Virus record (IMG/VR): IMGVR_UViG_3300005663_000003
Coordinates: 1 to 64,000 of that record
DNA from: a virus
Strand: one strand, 5' to 3'
DNA length: 64,000 bases
Shown here: positions 18,927 through 29,200 of the stretch, piece after piece
How the letters are laid out: every line of letters starts with the position of its first letter
Position numbering within the stretch: the stretch's first letter is position 1
Program-made: the position numbers and the translations under genes
The notes under the pieces: generated by a model
Database searches by the model: none
What the model was told of the DNA's origin: nothing
The model's input: the letters and a program-made list of their open reading frames with translations, nothing else

Positions 18927-20444
18927 TTGACCATGTCGGCCACAGCGCGCAAGAACATCGCTTCACTCCGGGGCGGCGGTGAGGGTTCGCCCAAGCCGCC
19001 CGCCCCGGTGTTTTTGGTGAACCGCTTCAAAGACAACCTCCCGATGGCCTTCGACGGTTTCCGCGAGGGGAGCGGCGACGAGAAGACTGGCAAACTCGTC
19101 GAGATCACCATCATCAAAGCGGGCGTGTCCCTCAACGGACTCGACTACCTGCCTTCGACGCTGAGGGAAGCGGCCACGCTTTTCGAGGGCGTCCCCATCT
19201 ACGCCTTCAAGTTCGGCAAGACCATCGGCGACGAGAAGAAGCTGAGCCATCTCCCCGAGCAGGCGAAGACCCGGCGCGGGAACTTCGGCAACCAGGTCGG
19301 GGTCATCAAGGAGAGCTGGTGGGACGAAGCCCTCCAGTCCATCCGTGGGCTCGTCGCGATCTTCGACGGCGACACCCGGACCAAGCTCAAGAACGCGTTT
19401 GACCAGAAGCTGATCGGCAGGGGCGTCAAGGAGCCCGCGTTCGGTCTGAGCATCGACGCGGCAGGACTCAAGGAAGGCGCGGGCGTCACCAAGATCGTCC
19501 GGCCCGAATCAGTGGACATCGTTAAGAAGGCTGCCGCCGATGGTGCCTTCGACCGACTGGTGGCATCGGCCACCGAAACAGAGGAGCTGGACATGGAAGC
19601 CAAGGAAGTCACCGCGCTCATCGAGACCGCGCTCGCGGGAAACAACACCAACCTGCTCAAGCTCCTCAAGGAGCAGGGCGACGAGGAGGGCAACGGCGAC
19701 GGCGGAGACGCCCTGAGCGGCCTGCGGAAGATGCTGGAGGGCGCGAGCCCCGAGGATCAGCGCACCCTCGCCACCCGCGTGCTCGCCATGTTCAAGGAGA
19801 TGGGCCTCACCGAGGCCAGCCCCGAGGAGAAGAAGCGGGAGCAGATGACCGAGGCTCTCAGGGGTTTGATGGCAAAGCACGCCAAGGACCCGAAGGCGCT
19901 GACCGAGGCGGTCGGCCAGCTCGTCGAGGCGAGCGACGAGCCCGAGGACGCCCGGGACCAGAAGCTCAAGCTGCAGGACCGGCAGCTCCGCGAAATGGCC
20001 ATCAGTCGGGTGCTCGACACCCTCACCCTCAAGGAGGGCCGCACGTTCGTCGACATCGACGACGCCATCGCGCTCGCCGACCTGACCAAGGTCAAGGTGT
20101 CCGAGGACTACTCCGAGGTGGCCGGACTGCTCGAAGCGATGGAAGCCCTCGCCGAGAAGAAGCCCCACCTGCTCAAGCCGATCGAGGACCAGACCAAGGT
20201 GACCTCGAAGGAGGGCGCCGACGAGGGCGCGGCGGCCACGGCGCACGGGAAGAAGCCCGCGCCGCGCGGCCAGGAAGTCATCCTCCGGGAGGACGCGGAC
20301 GACGACGACGGCCCGACCGTCAAGGGACTCGAAGCCGACCTGGCCGCCATCGACGAGCGGCTGAAGAACGGCACGGCCATCGACGCCGACCTGGTCCGCC
20401 GGGCCCGGATCGGATCGCAGCTCAAGCGGGCGCGTAGCGCCTAG
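18927..20444 (+). CDS. Prohead protease-scaffold fusion
   Basis: IIKAGVSLNG..Y, His motif, FGLSID (Ser), SVDIV..AAADG; acidic helical C-terminal half; immediately upstream of the capsid gene. Confidence 0.82.
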   Translation: MTMSATARKNIASLRGGGEGSPKPPAPVFLVNRFKDNLPMAFDGFREGSGDEKTGKLVEITIIKAGVSLNGLDYLPSTLREAATLFEGVPIYAFKFGKTIGDEKKLSHLPEQAKTRRGNFGNQVGVIKESWWDEALQSIRGLVAIFDGDTRTKLKNAFDQKLIGRGVKEPAFGLSIDAAGLKEGAGVTKIVRPESVDIVKKAAADGAFDRLVASATETEELDMEAKEVTALIETALAGNNTNLLKLLKEQGDEEGNGDGGDALSGLRKMLEGASPEDQRTLATRVLAMFKEMGLTEASPEEKKREQMTEALRGLMAKHAKDPKALTEAVGQLVEASDEPEDARDQKLKLQDRQLREMAISRVLDTLTLKEGRTFVDIDDAIALADLTKVKVSEDYSEVAGLLEAMEALAEKKPHLLKPIEDQTKVTSKEGADEGAAATAHGKKPAPRGQEVILREDADDDDGPTVKGLEADLAAIDERLKNGTAIDADLVRRARIGSQLKRARSA

Positions 20445-20517
20445 CCAGACCACGGAAACCAACCGGCCCGAGACGGCCACGTAACGCGAGAGAAGAAACT
20501 CAAGCAGGGAGAGAATC

Positions 20518-21693
20518 ATGGCCGTTGGACAAAAGGTCACTTACCAGGACGTCCAGGAAATCATGGAGATGATCGCCCCGGGCGTGGCGTTCCAGGTCCA
20601 GGACGAGTCGCAGTTCCTTCAGGCGATCGGGTTCCCCGGGCGCATGGGCAACACCTTCGACGTGGACCACAACCACATGGAGAAGCGACTCAACGCCAAC
20701 TCGGCGACGGTCGTGGGTGCCCAGGCCGGGGGCGACACCACCATCGAGTTGGTGGCGGGCCAGGGTAACAACTTCCGCATCGGCCAGATCCTTCAGGCCG
20801 ACGGCTCGCGTGAGCTGATGCGGGTGGTCGGACCGATCGTCGCGAACGAGGTGGAGGTCGCGCGAGCGCACAACACCACCCCCGCGACGGCCATCGCCGA
20901 CGGCGAGACGATCACCCGCGTCGCCTGGCCGCAGGTCGAGAAGGACCAGGGCGGCAACCCCGAGGCGAACATCCGCCAGCAGCGCGACAACTTCACGCAA
21001 ATCTTCCGAGGCGAAATCTGCGTGAGCACGTCGCGGAAGAAGGTGAAGAACAAGGGCGAGATCATGGACGAGGTCCGTGAGCAGCTCACCACCCTCCAGC
21101 GCGACAAGCTGCGCGACCTCGCCCGCGCGTCGCTCGTCGGCAAGCGGTCGGGCACCCCGCGCGGTGACGACACCACCCCGCGCGAGATGGACGGGCTCAT
21201 CCAGCTCATCCTCGACGGGGCGACGGCGCCCCAGGGTGACCCGGTCATCGTCAACGCGGCCCTGGCGCCGCTCGACATCAGCCTGCTCGACGACCTGCTC
21301 GGTCAGTGCTGGGAGCGCGGCGGTCGGCCCGACGCCCTCCTGATGAACACGTTCCAGCTCGAACGGCTGGCGCAGACCATCGAGGGTCGCCGCCGCTACA
21401 CGTCGACCGAGTCGAAGGCGGGCGGTCGGGTTAACGAGTTCGTGAGCAAGCACGGCGGAAACATCCGGGTGTTGCCCGCCGACATCTTCGTCCCGAACGA
21501 CATCGTTCTGGCGCTCGACACGCGCAAGCTCCAGATCGTCAAGCTCGGCACCGGGAACCAACTGTTCGAGGTCTTCGAGCAGGGCAAGCGCGGAACCGCG
21601 GACGAGATCGTCTTCGAGATGGAGGTGACCCTCGAAGCGAAGAACGCGGTCGACGGCGGCCACGGTCTTCTCCAGGGTCTCGCCCGCGTCTAG
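20518..21693 (+). CDS. Major capsid protein (SU10/DUF5309-like) with inserted domain
   Basis: RDNFTQIF, PREMDGLIQLI, GGRPDALLMN, EVTLEAKN motifs. Confidence 0.88.
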   Translation: MAVGQKVTYQDVQEIMEMIAPGVAFQVQDESQFLQAIGFPGRMGNTFDVDHNHMEKRLNANSATVVGAQAGGDTTIELVAGQGNNFRIGQILQADGSRELMRVVGPIVANEVEVARAHNTTPATAIADGETITRVAWPQVEKDQGGNPEANIRQQRDNFTQIFRGEICVSTSRKKVKNKGEIMDEVREQLTTLQRDKLRDLARASLVGKRSGTPRGDDTTPREMDGLIQLILDGATAPQGDPVIVNAALAPLDISLLDDLLGQCWERGGRPDALLMNTFQLERLAQTIEGRRRYTSTESKAGGRVNEFVSKHGGNIRVLPADIFVPNDIVLALDTRKLQIVKLGTGNQLFEVFEQGKRGTADEIVFEMEVTLEAKNAVDGGHGLLQGLARV

Positions 21694-21712
21694 CGAGCGG
21701 GGTGAGTGATTC

Positions 21713-21741
21713 GCTGGCCCCGGTGCTGTGCCGGGGCCAGT
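21713..21741 (+). terminator. Hairpin after capsid gene
   Basis: GCTGGCCCCGGT...GCCGGGGCCAGT. Confidence 0.55.
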
Positions 21742-21775
21742 TGTCCATAGTCGAAAAGTGAAGCGAGCGAAACAG

Positions 21776-22495
21776 ATGAACAAGCGCAGGTATTACTTCA
21801 AGCTGGCGTATCCCTTCTCCCTCCCGGGTCGTGTCCAGATCCGGGGAGACGAGAACGGCGTGTGGTGGACCGAGGATCCAAAGCTCGCCGAGAAGATCGC
21901 CATCTGTCACGGCACCACCGCCATCAGCTCCGAGCGTATCGCCGCGCTCGAAGCGCTCAGGGGAAAGGGCACGCGCGTCGGAGACGACTCCGACACCGGG
22001 CGCCTTCCATCACCCGCGCCGGTCGTCTCGACCCTCGACCCATCCGAGGACGAGGACGAAGACGCGGTGGACTGCGAGGGGTGCGGTGACGGAACCCCCG
22101 CCACCGGCCAGGACGACAACGGCGTCCCGCTCTGCGATGGGTGCCTCGAAGAGTCCCTGGTCCTGTGCGAGGCCAAGGACTGCGACGAGTCGGTGACGCG
22201 CCACGACAACGGCGACCCCATGTCCGTCTGCGCCAAGCACGCCGAGGGGGACGAGGGCAGCGAGAGCGACGGCGAGGAGGCAGGTAGCACCATTAGCCCA
22301 GACGCCCCGGACCCCGAGCCCGACGGCCCGGAGATGGTGAACGACGCCGACATCGACGCCATGACCCAGGCGGACCTGCGCGAGCTGCTCAAGGAGTGGG
22401 GCGTCGAGGTTCCGCCCGAGGACGTCACCATCGCCGACCTGCGGGCGGCGGCCCACGGCGCGCTGCCGGAACCGGCGACCGACGCGGGAGCGTAA
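21776..22495 (+). CDS. Acidic Cys-rich protein with C-terminal HeH/Rho-N-like motif
   Basis: CEGC, CDGC, CEAKDC, CAKH; DIDAMTQADLRELLKEWGVE. Confidence 0.65.
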   Translation: MNKRRYYFKLAYPFSLPGRVQIRGDENGVWWTEDPKLAEKIAICHGTTAISSERIAALEALRGKGTRVGDDSDTGRLPSPAPVVSTLDPSEDEDEDAVDCEGCGDGTPATGQDDNGVPLCDGCLEESLVLCEAKDCDESVTRHDNGDPMSVCAKHAEGDEGSESDGEEAGSTISPDAPDPEPDGPEMVNDADIDAMTQADLRELLKEWGVEVPPEDVTIADLRAAAHGALPEPATDAGA

Positions 22496-22498
22496 CCC

Positions 22499-23368
22499 AT
22501 GAGCATCCCGCGTCGGCACCCCATCGTTGAGGTTGGCGACGCGGGAGCCAGCGGGCAAAGCACCAGCGACAAGCTGGGCCGCTACTCGGCCTGGAGGACG
22601 AGCGGCATCCGCGACGAGGTCAGCGACCGAGGCGCGCTCTACCTCACCTTCGCGCCCAACGGCGCCAACGTCGATATGAGCGTGTTCCGGTTCCTGGAGC
22701 GCCAACCGGCGGACCTCGTCGCCGAAGTCCTCAACGCCCCGGTGGGTTCGCCGACGACCCCGGTCAGAGTGACGGCGGTGCCCGTCGGCCTCTCGCGCCT
22801 CACCGTGAGCACGCTGGTCGAGGACAACGCCGCAAGCTCGGGCGTCACCATCTGGGTTCAGCTCGCCACGCTCGACGACCTCAAGGAACGCGAGGGGGAC
22901 GTCGATGCTTTCTTCACGGGATCGGCTGCGCTCTGCCCCTTCGAGACGATCAGCCGGGCGTGTATGCGCCAGCTCTACCTGAACATCCAGTCCCTGTTCC
23001 CCCCGCCTCAGCGGTCGGCGCCTCCCCTCAGTCTGCGCGGGGCGGGACCCAGGCAGGTCGCGGGTCGGCGCGGTCTCCCCGACCTCGACGCCACGGACTT
23101 CTGGAGCCTCAACCCCGAGGGCGACTGGGAGCTGGTGGGCCTCCAGAACATCAGCGACTTCAAAGAGTGGGCCATCGCCTGGAGCCTCGGCCTCATTTGG
23201 AAGCGCAAGGCGGGCGGCGACAACGATGAGATGCTCAAGCGCTCGAAATCCTACTTTGAGGAGGCTTCCGACCAGTTCTCCCTCCTCCCCTTCCTGGCCG
23301 ACTTTGACCGGGATGGGACACCGGAAAGAGAAGTGAGGCGGACCACCCCCCTTATTCGCCGGGGGTAG
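22499..23368 (+). CDS. Probable head-tail adaptor
   Basis: Position after capsid; LATLDDLK motif; terminal RRG. Confidence 0.55.
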   Translation: MSIPRRHPIVEVGDAGASGQSTSDKLGRYSAWRTSGIRDEVSDRGALYLTFAPNGANVDMSVFRFLERQPADLVAEVLNAPVGSPTTPVRVTAVPVGLSRLTVSTLVEDNAASSGVTIWVQLATLDDLKEREGDVDAFFTGSAALCPFETISRACMRQLYLNIQSLFPPPQRSAPPLSLRGAGPRQVAGRRGLPDLDATDFWSLNPEGDWELVGLQNISDFKEWAIAWSLGLIWKRKAGGDNDEMLKRSKSYFEEASDQFSLLPFLADFDRDGTPEREVRRTTPLIRRG

Positions 23369-23384
23369 CTGCTAGGCTAGGACC

Positions 23385-23873
23385 ATGCTCACGTTCGAGT
23401 TCGTTGATGAAGGGCTTGCCGAAGCTCTGAGGGACCTCCCTCAGAACGTGGCGGGTGCCATCGAGAAGACGGTGAGGGACACCACCGCGCGGGCTCGGAA
23501 CATCGCCAAGTTCAAAACCCCGGTGGACTCGACCAAGGCCATCAACGGCTGGCGCATCCGCTTCGAGGAGAACGGACAGCGCGGCGTGTTCTTCAACGAA
23601 GTCCCTTACATCAACGTGCTGGAGTTCGGAGGCTACCCAGTCCGGCGGGCCAGCGCGGGCGCCTCACCCGGCACGCTGCGACGAGGGCGCGCGGTTCTCG
23701 GCGGGCTGCCCCCGGGTCCGAGGACGCAGCGCGCTCCCGGCGGCGAGCCTCCGATGCGCAGCAACGTCAGCAAGCAGGCGCCGCGCGGCATGGTCCGCTT
23801 CACCCTGCAAGAGATTGAGCCCGCGTTCCTCTTCGACCTTTCCGAAAACATCGACCAGGCTCTGGTGGCCTGA
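23385..23873 (+). CDS. HK97 gp10-like neck/tail completion protein
   Basis: KTPVDSTKAINGW, NEVPYINVLEFG, SKQAPRGMV. Confidence 0.8.
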   Translation: MLTFEFVDEGLAEALRDLPQNVAGAIEKTVRDTTARARNIAKFKTPVDSTKAINGWRIRFEENGQRGVFFNEVPYINVLEFGGYPVRRASAGASPGTLRRGRAVLGGLPPGPRTQRAPGGEPPMRSNVSKQAPRGMVRFTLQEIEPAFLFDLSENIDQALVA

Positions 23874-24373
23874 TGCCCATGGTGCTCGACGTCGACCTGG
23901 AGCGGAGCTGGCTCGACGAGCTGGTGGAACGTCTCGATACCGAGACGCTCGCCATCGATCTGCCTGGCCTGATCTTCAGGGCCAAGGCGCGGAACCGCTG
24001 GGTCGAGCCGAGGCTACTCAACCGCTTCCCAAGTGAGGCGGACCTGCGCGCACCGTGGGAAGACCTCACCCTCCAGGTGAGGTGCTTCGTCAAGGTCGAG
24101 GCCAAGGGCGAGCGAGCCCTAACGCTGAGCGAGGTCGTCGATGAGGTTCTGGGGATCATAGACCCCAGGCGCCGCACGGCCAAGAACCTCGCGGGCATCA
24201 TCAGGATCCGCGACTGCGACGGAATTGAGGTAGGCATCCTCCAGTGCCGCCCGGTGTCGGAGCGTCGTGCGTATAATCAGCAAGTCAACATCAGGGGAGA
24301 CGACCTCGCAGGACTGGACGTCGCCATCCTCACCGTTCCATGTAAGCTGACCTCGGCTGAGGTCTGCGGGTAA
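23873..24373 (+). CDS. Probable tail terminator
   Basis: Position and size between gp10-like gene and tail tube. Confidence 0.55.
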   Translation: MPMVLDVDLERSWLDELVERLDTETLAIDLPGLIFRAKARNRWVEPRLLNRFPSEADLRAPWEDLTLQVRCFVKVEAKGERALTLSEVVDEVLGIIDPRRRTAKNLAGIIRIRDCDGIEVGILQCRPVSERRAYNQQVNIRGDDLAGLDVAILTVPCKLTSAEVCG

Positions 24374-24388
24374 CAGAGGGAGAGAGCC

Positions 24389-25210
24389 ATGCCCGGCGTT
24401 AAGAACATTCGACAGGGGCGGATCCGCATCCAGAGTGGCGACCCGATCCCGTTGGAGAAGATCACCGAGTTCACCCAAGGGGACTTCACGTTCACCGAGA
24501 ACTTCCCCACCAACATCATCCGCGACCGTGGGCGAATCCGCGAGATCAACGCGGGCGACGAACAGCCGGTGGATTGGTCCTTCTCGGCCACGTTCATCCG
24601 CGAGTTCCTCCACCGGACGCTGAGGGACAAAATCTTCGACGGTCTCGCGGAGACCATCGGCGGCCTGATCCCGGCGGCGGTGAACACGAACGTGCTTCTC
24701 ACCTACGCCTACGAACAGAACAGCTTCCAGCTTGCGGCGACGGAGCCCGGCGTCAAGCTCGCGGTTCCCGGCACCCCGCCGGGCGCGGTGGACGAGTTCT
24801 CGGAGGAGCCCAGCTTGGGCTTCGACATCGAGGGCGTCCTTATCGTGCAGAAGGGAGGCGCGGGCCCGGGGTCCGGCGGCTTCAACGTCCAGCAAGCGGC
24901 GGGCGACGTCGACCGCGACGTCGTCTACGACGCGGTCGGCCAGACGACGCTGGTGCTCCCCGGCTTCCCGGCCGACTGCTCCGGCGGGCGCAAGACGTTC
25001 AAGCTCATCCTCGACATCTTCGACGCCTGCAACCCGCCCGACTTCGCGGACCCGACGGTCGGCATCATCGAGGTCAGCTACGTCGTGGATAACGCGTTCC
25101 TCACTTCGGACACCTTCGCCGAAGCGGACGACGCGGACACCATCAGCTTCACCGGCCAGGCCCTTCCCCTGAACGGCAAGGTGCGGATCGTTCCGGGTGG
25201 CGAGCCGTAG
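24389..25210 (+). CDS. Major tail tube protein
   Basis: Position, strong RBS, beta-rich acidic sequence, followed by a hairpin and the chaperone gene. Confidence 0.7.
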   Translation: MPGVKNIRQGRIRIQSGDPIPLEKITEFTQGDFTFTENFPTNIIRDRGRIREINAGDEQPVDWSFSATFIREFLHRTLRDKIFDGLAETIGGLIPAAVNTNVLLTYAYEQNSFQLAATEPGVKLAVPGTPPGAVDEFSEEPSLGFDIEGVLIVQKGGAGPGSGGFNVQQAAGDVDRDVVYDAVGQTTLVLPGFPADCSGGRKTFKLILDIFDACNPPDFADPTVGIIEVSYVVDNAFLTSDTFAEADDADTISFTGQALPLNGKVRIVPGGEP

Positions 25211-25255
25211 GCCGACGACCCCCTCACCTTTTCTGTCGACTTCTTCTAGTGGGTA

Positions 25256-25287
25256 GCGGGCCCGCCTCTTAGCCGAGGCGGGCCCGT
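25256..25287 (+). terminator. Hairpin after tail tube gene
   Basis: GCGGGCCCGCCTC TTAGCC GAGGCGGGCCCGT. Confidence 0.65.
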
Positions 25288-25330
25288 TGTGTATAGTGAG
25301 GACTCACATCAACGAAGCGAGAGTGAAGCG

Positions 25331-26047
25331 ATGAAGATCCTCGGCGCCTCAGGCATCGACCTGAGGGAAATCAAGGTCCCTATCGGCAAGCGAGCTGGCA
25401 AGGTCGTCGAGTTGACGATGCGGCCGGTGAAGCTCAGCAAGCTAATCGAAATCGAGGCGGCCATCCTGAAGCCTGTGCCGCCCTCGACCGGTGAGACCCA
25501 GAAGGACCCGAAGACCGGCAAGGCCCTCAAGCGGAATGGTCGCCCGCTGATGGTGAGGGACGGGCGGGACGAGAAATACCTGGAGCAGGTCGTGCTCCGG
25601 TCGACGGCGGTGAACGTCGCCACGGTCCTCGCGGGCCTCGGCGATCAGATCAGCGACCTGCCCAAGCGGACGGATGAGCAAACGGCACAAGCCTACTGGC
25701 TCGGCGTCCTGGACAAGCTCACCGACATGGGCATCGACACCGGCATCTTCCAGAACCTCGTCGCGGCCTCCGACGACCTGAGCGCCCCTCTGTCGAATCT
25801 CGAAATCCTGATGATGAGGAAGGCCCTCGGGACCGAGAAGGAGTCCCCAGCCCTCACCGAGGATGACGAGCAGAGCATCGGCGAGGCCATCGAGAAAGAA
25901 GAGGCAGCCTCGGGAAAGTCCGAGGGGGTCGGCGCTCCCTCCTCTACTACAAGCTCCAAGCCACCGAGCGCCTCCGCTGGCTCACCCCCGAACGATTCGA
26001 CGAAGGAGAGAGAGGAGAACAGGCAGCCCTCATCGTCTACGCTATAG
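25331..26047 (+). CDS. Tail assembly chaperone (gpG-like)
   Basis: Between tail tube and tape measure; contains the slippery site. Confidence 0.8.
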   Translation: MKILGASGIDLREIKVPIGKRAGKVVELTMRPVKLSKLIEIEAAILKPVPPSTGETQKDPKTGKALKRNGRPLMVRDGRDEKYLEQVVLRSTAVNVATVLAGLGDQISDLPKRTDEQTAQAYWLGVLDKLTDMGIDTGIFQNLVAASDDLSAPLSNLEILMMRKALGTEKESPALTEDDEQSIGEAIEKEEAASGKSEGVGAPSSTTSSKPPSASAGSPPNDSTKEREENRQPSSSTL

Positions 26048-26262
26048 AGCGTAGAAGGCAAGACCTCGAAGACTTGGGTGAGGTGGTTGAGCGAGCCTTT
26101 GGGCGTGTGCTGGCGCAAGCGTTCGGTAAGAGTGAGGAAGCAGGAGAAGAAGGGATCCGGACGGAGTCGGCAACCTACATAGGACACGACCCGAAGACCG
26201 GAGCGAGGACCGAGGCCAATGGCAACAGCCGAACTCAGAGGAGTCATCAGCGGCGACGCTAG
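25912..26262 (+). CDS. -1 frameshift extension of tail chaperone (gpGT-like)
   Basis: In-frame G GGA AAG at 25912-25918; the -1 frame stays open to TAG at 26262. Confidence 0.85.
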   Translation, partial: GKVRGGRRSLLYYKLQATERLRWLTPERFDEGERGEQAALIVYAIERRRQDLEDLGEVVERAFGRVLAQAFGKSEEAGEEGIRTESATYIGHDPKTGARTEANGNSRTQRSHQRRR

Positions 26263-29200
26263 TGAGTTCGTCGCGGCCTCGACTCAGGCCCAGCGATCCC
26301 TGGGCGCACTCGGCAAGACCGGGGCGACGGTCGCCACGCAGCTCCAGAATGTGCTGGGAGGAACCGGGACGCAGCGCGATGCGCTCGGTCGGTTCACGAA
26401 GAACGCAGGGAAGGCTCGCGACGCGCTCGGGCGTTTCAAGAAAGAAGGCGCGGCGACTTCCTCCATCTTCTCCAAGCTGCGCAACACGCTCGGCAAGGTG
26501 GGGAGGTCGGCCATCGACGCGGGCAAGTCGGCGGCCTCTGCGTTCCGTTCGGCTGGCGGAATCCTCAAGGACATCGCGATCGGCGCCACTGCGGTTGTTG
26601 CTGCGCTAGCCGCGATCGGCGGCGCGGCGGTCGTGAACTTCGCCAAGTTCCAAACCGCCTTTAGCCAGGTCCGCACCCTGGTCGACGAGTCGCAGGTCGA
26701 CGTCCAACTGCTGAGCGACGGCGTGCGTGAGCTGTCGGTGCGGTTCGGTGTCGACGTCACCGAGGCGACGCGAGCGGCCTACCAAGCGATCAGCGCCGGG
26801 CAGGACCCCGCGAACGTGGTGAACTTCCTCGCCACCGCCTTCGAGAATGCGGCGGCTGGTGCGGCCACCGTAGTCGAGTCGGTCGACCTTCTGACCTCGG
26901 CCCTTAACGTGTTCGAGTCACAAGGGCTCACCGCTGAGCAGGCGTCGGACATCCTGTTCAAAACTGTCGAGCTTGGCAAGACGACCATCGCCGAACTCGC
27001 GGCGAGCTTCGGCCAGGTTGGACCCATCGCCGCTGCCGCCGGGGTGAGCTTCGCCGACCTCGGCGCCGCGCTCGCGACGACGACGGCCCAAGGCTTGAGC
27101 ACTGCCGAGGCGTCGACCGCAATCAAGGCGGCCATCGCCGGGATCGTCAACCCGGCTAAGGGGGCTGCTGGCGCTCTCGAAAGCATCGGCGTCAGTGCGC
27201 GGAGTCTCAGAGAGGAGGGCCTGGTCGCGACGTTCGAGAGGATCGGCGACGCGACCGGCGGGGCCATCGAGAACATCGTAAGGTTCCTCCCCAACATCCG
27301 TGCGGTCAACGCGGCGGCGATCCTCGCGGGTAGTGGCCTCGACAAGTTCAGGGCGGCGGCTGAAGGGACCTCGGATTCAACCGGCGCCGCGTCGCGCGCC
27401 TTCGAGAAGCTGGTAGCCGACATTGCCCGAACGTTCAGCATCATCCGCCAGACTCTGACGGACACCTTCCGCCAGATCGGCGAAGCCTTGACGCCGATCG
27501 TCGGTCAACTCGGCAACGTGTTCAGCGCGTTCGCTATGAACACGCGCACAGAGGTCATCGCCCTGACTCGCGTTCTCGGCGCTCGGTTCGCTGACGCTGG
27601 GGACTCGATCGAGGATTTCGAGGCGACGGTGAGCAGCTCGGGCGGCGCGATCAGTCTCGGGCTGAGCGCCGTGAGCGCCGTGCTGGAAGGTCTCGCCGAC
27701 GCATTCAATTCGGTCGCCCGCCCCGTCGGCGCCATCGCGGCGTCGTTCGAGTTCCTCGCCACCATCCTCAAGTCCGCGCTCCTGTCGGTCGTCTCGCTTG
27801 TCACGATCGCGCTCAATGGGCTGCTACAGATCATCGTGGGAATCCCCGAGGCGCTCATCCGTCTCGTCTCCACGGTCGCCGACTTCATCCCCGGACTCGA
27901 CGGCCTGGTCAAGAGCCTCGACAAAGCGAGCACCGGACTCAAGGACATCCGCGACGAGGCGCAAGCCTTCTCGGATTCTCTGGAGGAGTCGCAAGAGGCG
28001 GCGGTAAAGGCTGCTGAGGAGTTCGACTTCTCTGCCGTGTTGAATGAAAGTGCGAAGGCGGTGCGTGAAGTTGGGACCAGCTTCGCGGAAGCCGCCAACG
28101 ATGTCGAGGACTTCGGCGAGGAAGTCGCAGCGGCAGTGCGCGAGGCGCAGGCCCGGGGCGAGATCGTGCAACTCGGCAGCGACCTCAAGACGACGGCAGC
28201 CGAGGCGAAGGGCGCAGCCGAAGCACTCACCGAGTTGGGCGAGGCTGGAGCCGGGGCGACCGCCGGGCTCAACGCCGCGACGACTGCGACCACCGGACTG
28301 AGTCAAGCTCTCCAGGGGATCGCAGGCGGAAGCTCAGAGGCGGCGCGCGGGCTCGCCGACCTCGGGCCTAAGGCGATGGAAGTCGCCGAGGCCATCGCGG
28401 GGATCGGGGCGGCTCAGACCGATGAGCAAGCCTTGGCCCGGCGGCAGGAAGCCATCGCGAACCTGATCGCGGCGGCGGATGCCGAACTGTCCAAAGCCAT
28501 CACTGCAGCTCGCGACCGGGGCAGGGAGCAGCTACAGGAAGCGGAAGCGAACCTGCGCGCAGCCCAGGCGACCGCACAGGAAGCGGCTGGGACCGAAGTC
28601 TTCGCCGCTGCGTTCCGGGAGGAGCGCCGCGCAGCCGACGACCTTGAGGCCACGGTTCGCAGCGTTAACGATGCGTTCAACGCCCAGCGCGCCTTGGCGC
28701 GCGAAGTCTTCGACTCGGTCATCCAAGACATCGGTGGGATCGATGGCGCGCTGGAGGTCTTCCGCACGGACTCCATCGCCAAGGCTGCGACAGCCGGGCG
28801 GGCGACCACGGCAGAGGCACGCCGCGTGTTCGACAGGGAAGTGGCCCGGCTGCGTGAGGCGCGGGCCGCTTCGGAAATCGAGGACGTCGCCTTCTTCGAT
28901 CAGCTCAATGCAGCACGCGCCCGGCTCAACCAAACCGTGGAGGATGCTGGCGACACGTTCGAGCGGGCGCGCGACCAGGCCGAGGCTGCCTTCGACCTCG
29001 GCACTCAGACGGCATCGGTCAACGAACTCGCAGACGCTCTCACCGGTCCGTTCGCCGAGGCGGTCCAGCAAGCGCGCGAGGATGCCGAGACGTTCGGCTT
29101 CAGTCAGGAGGAGTTGAACGAGGCCCTCAAGGGGATCGTCGAGCAGTCGGAGGAGACGGGCGAGAGCGTTGTGGACCTCGCCGAGGACTTCGAAGACCTC

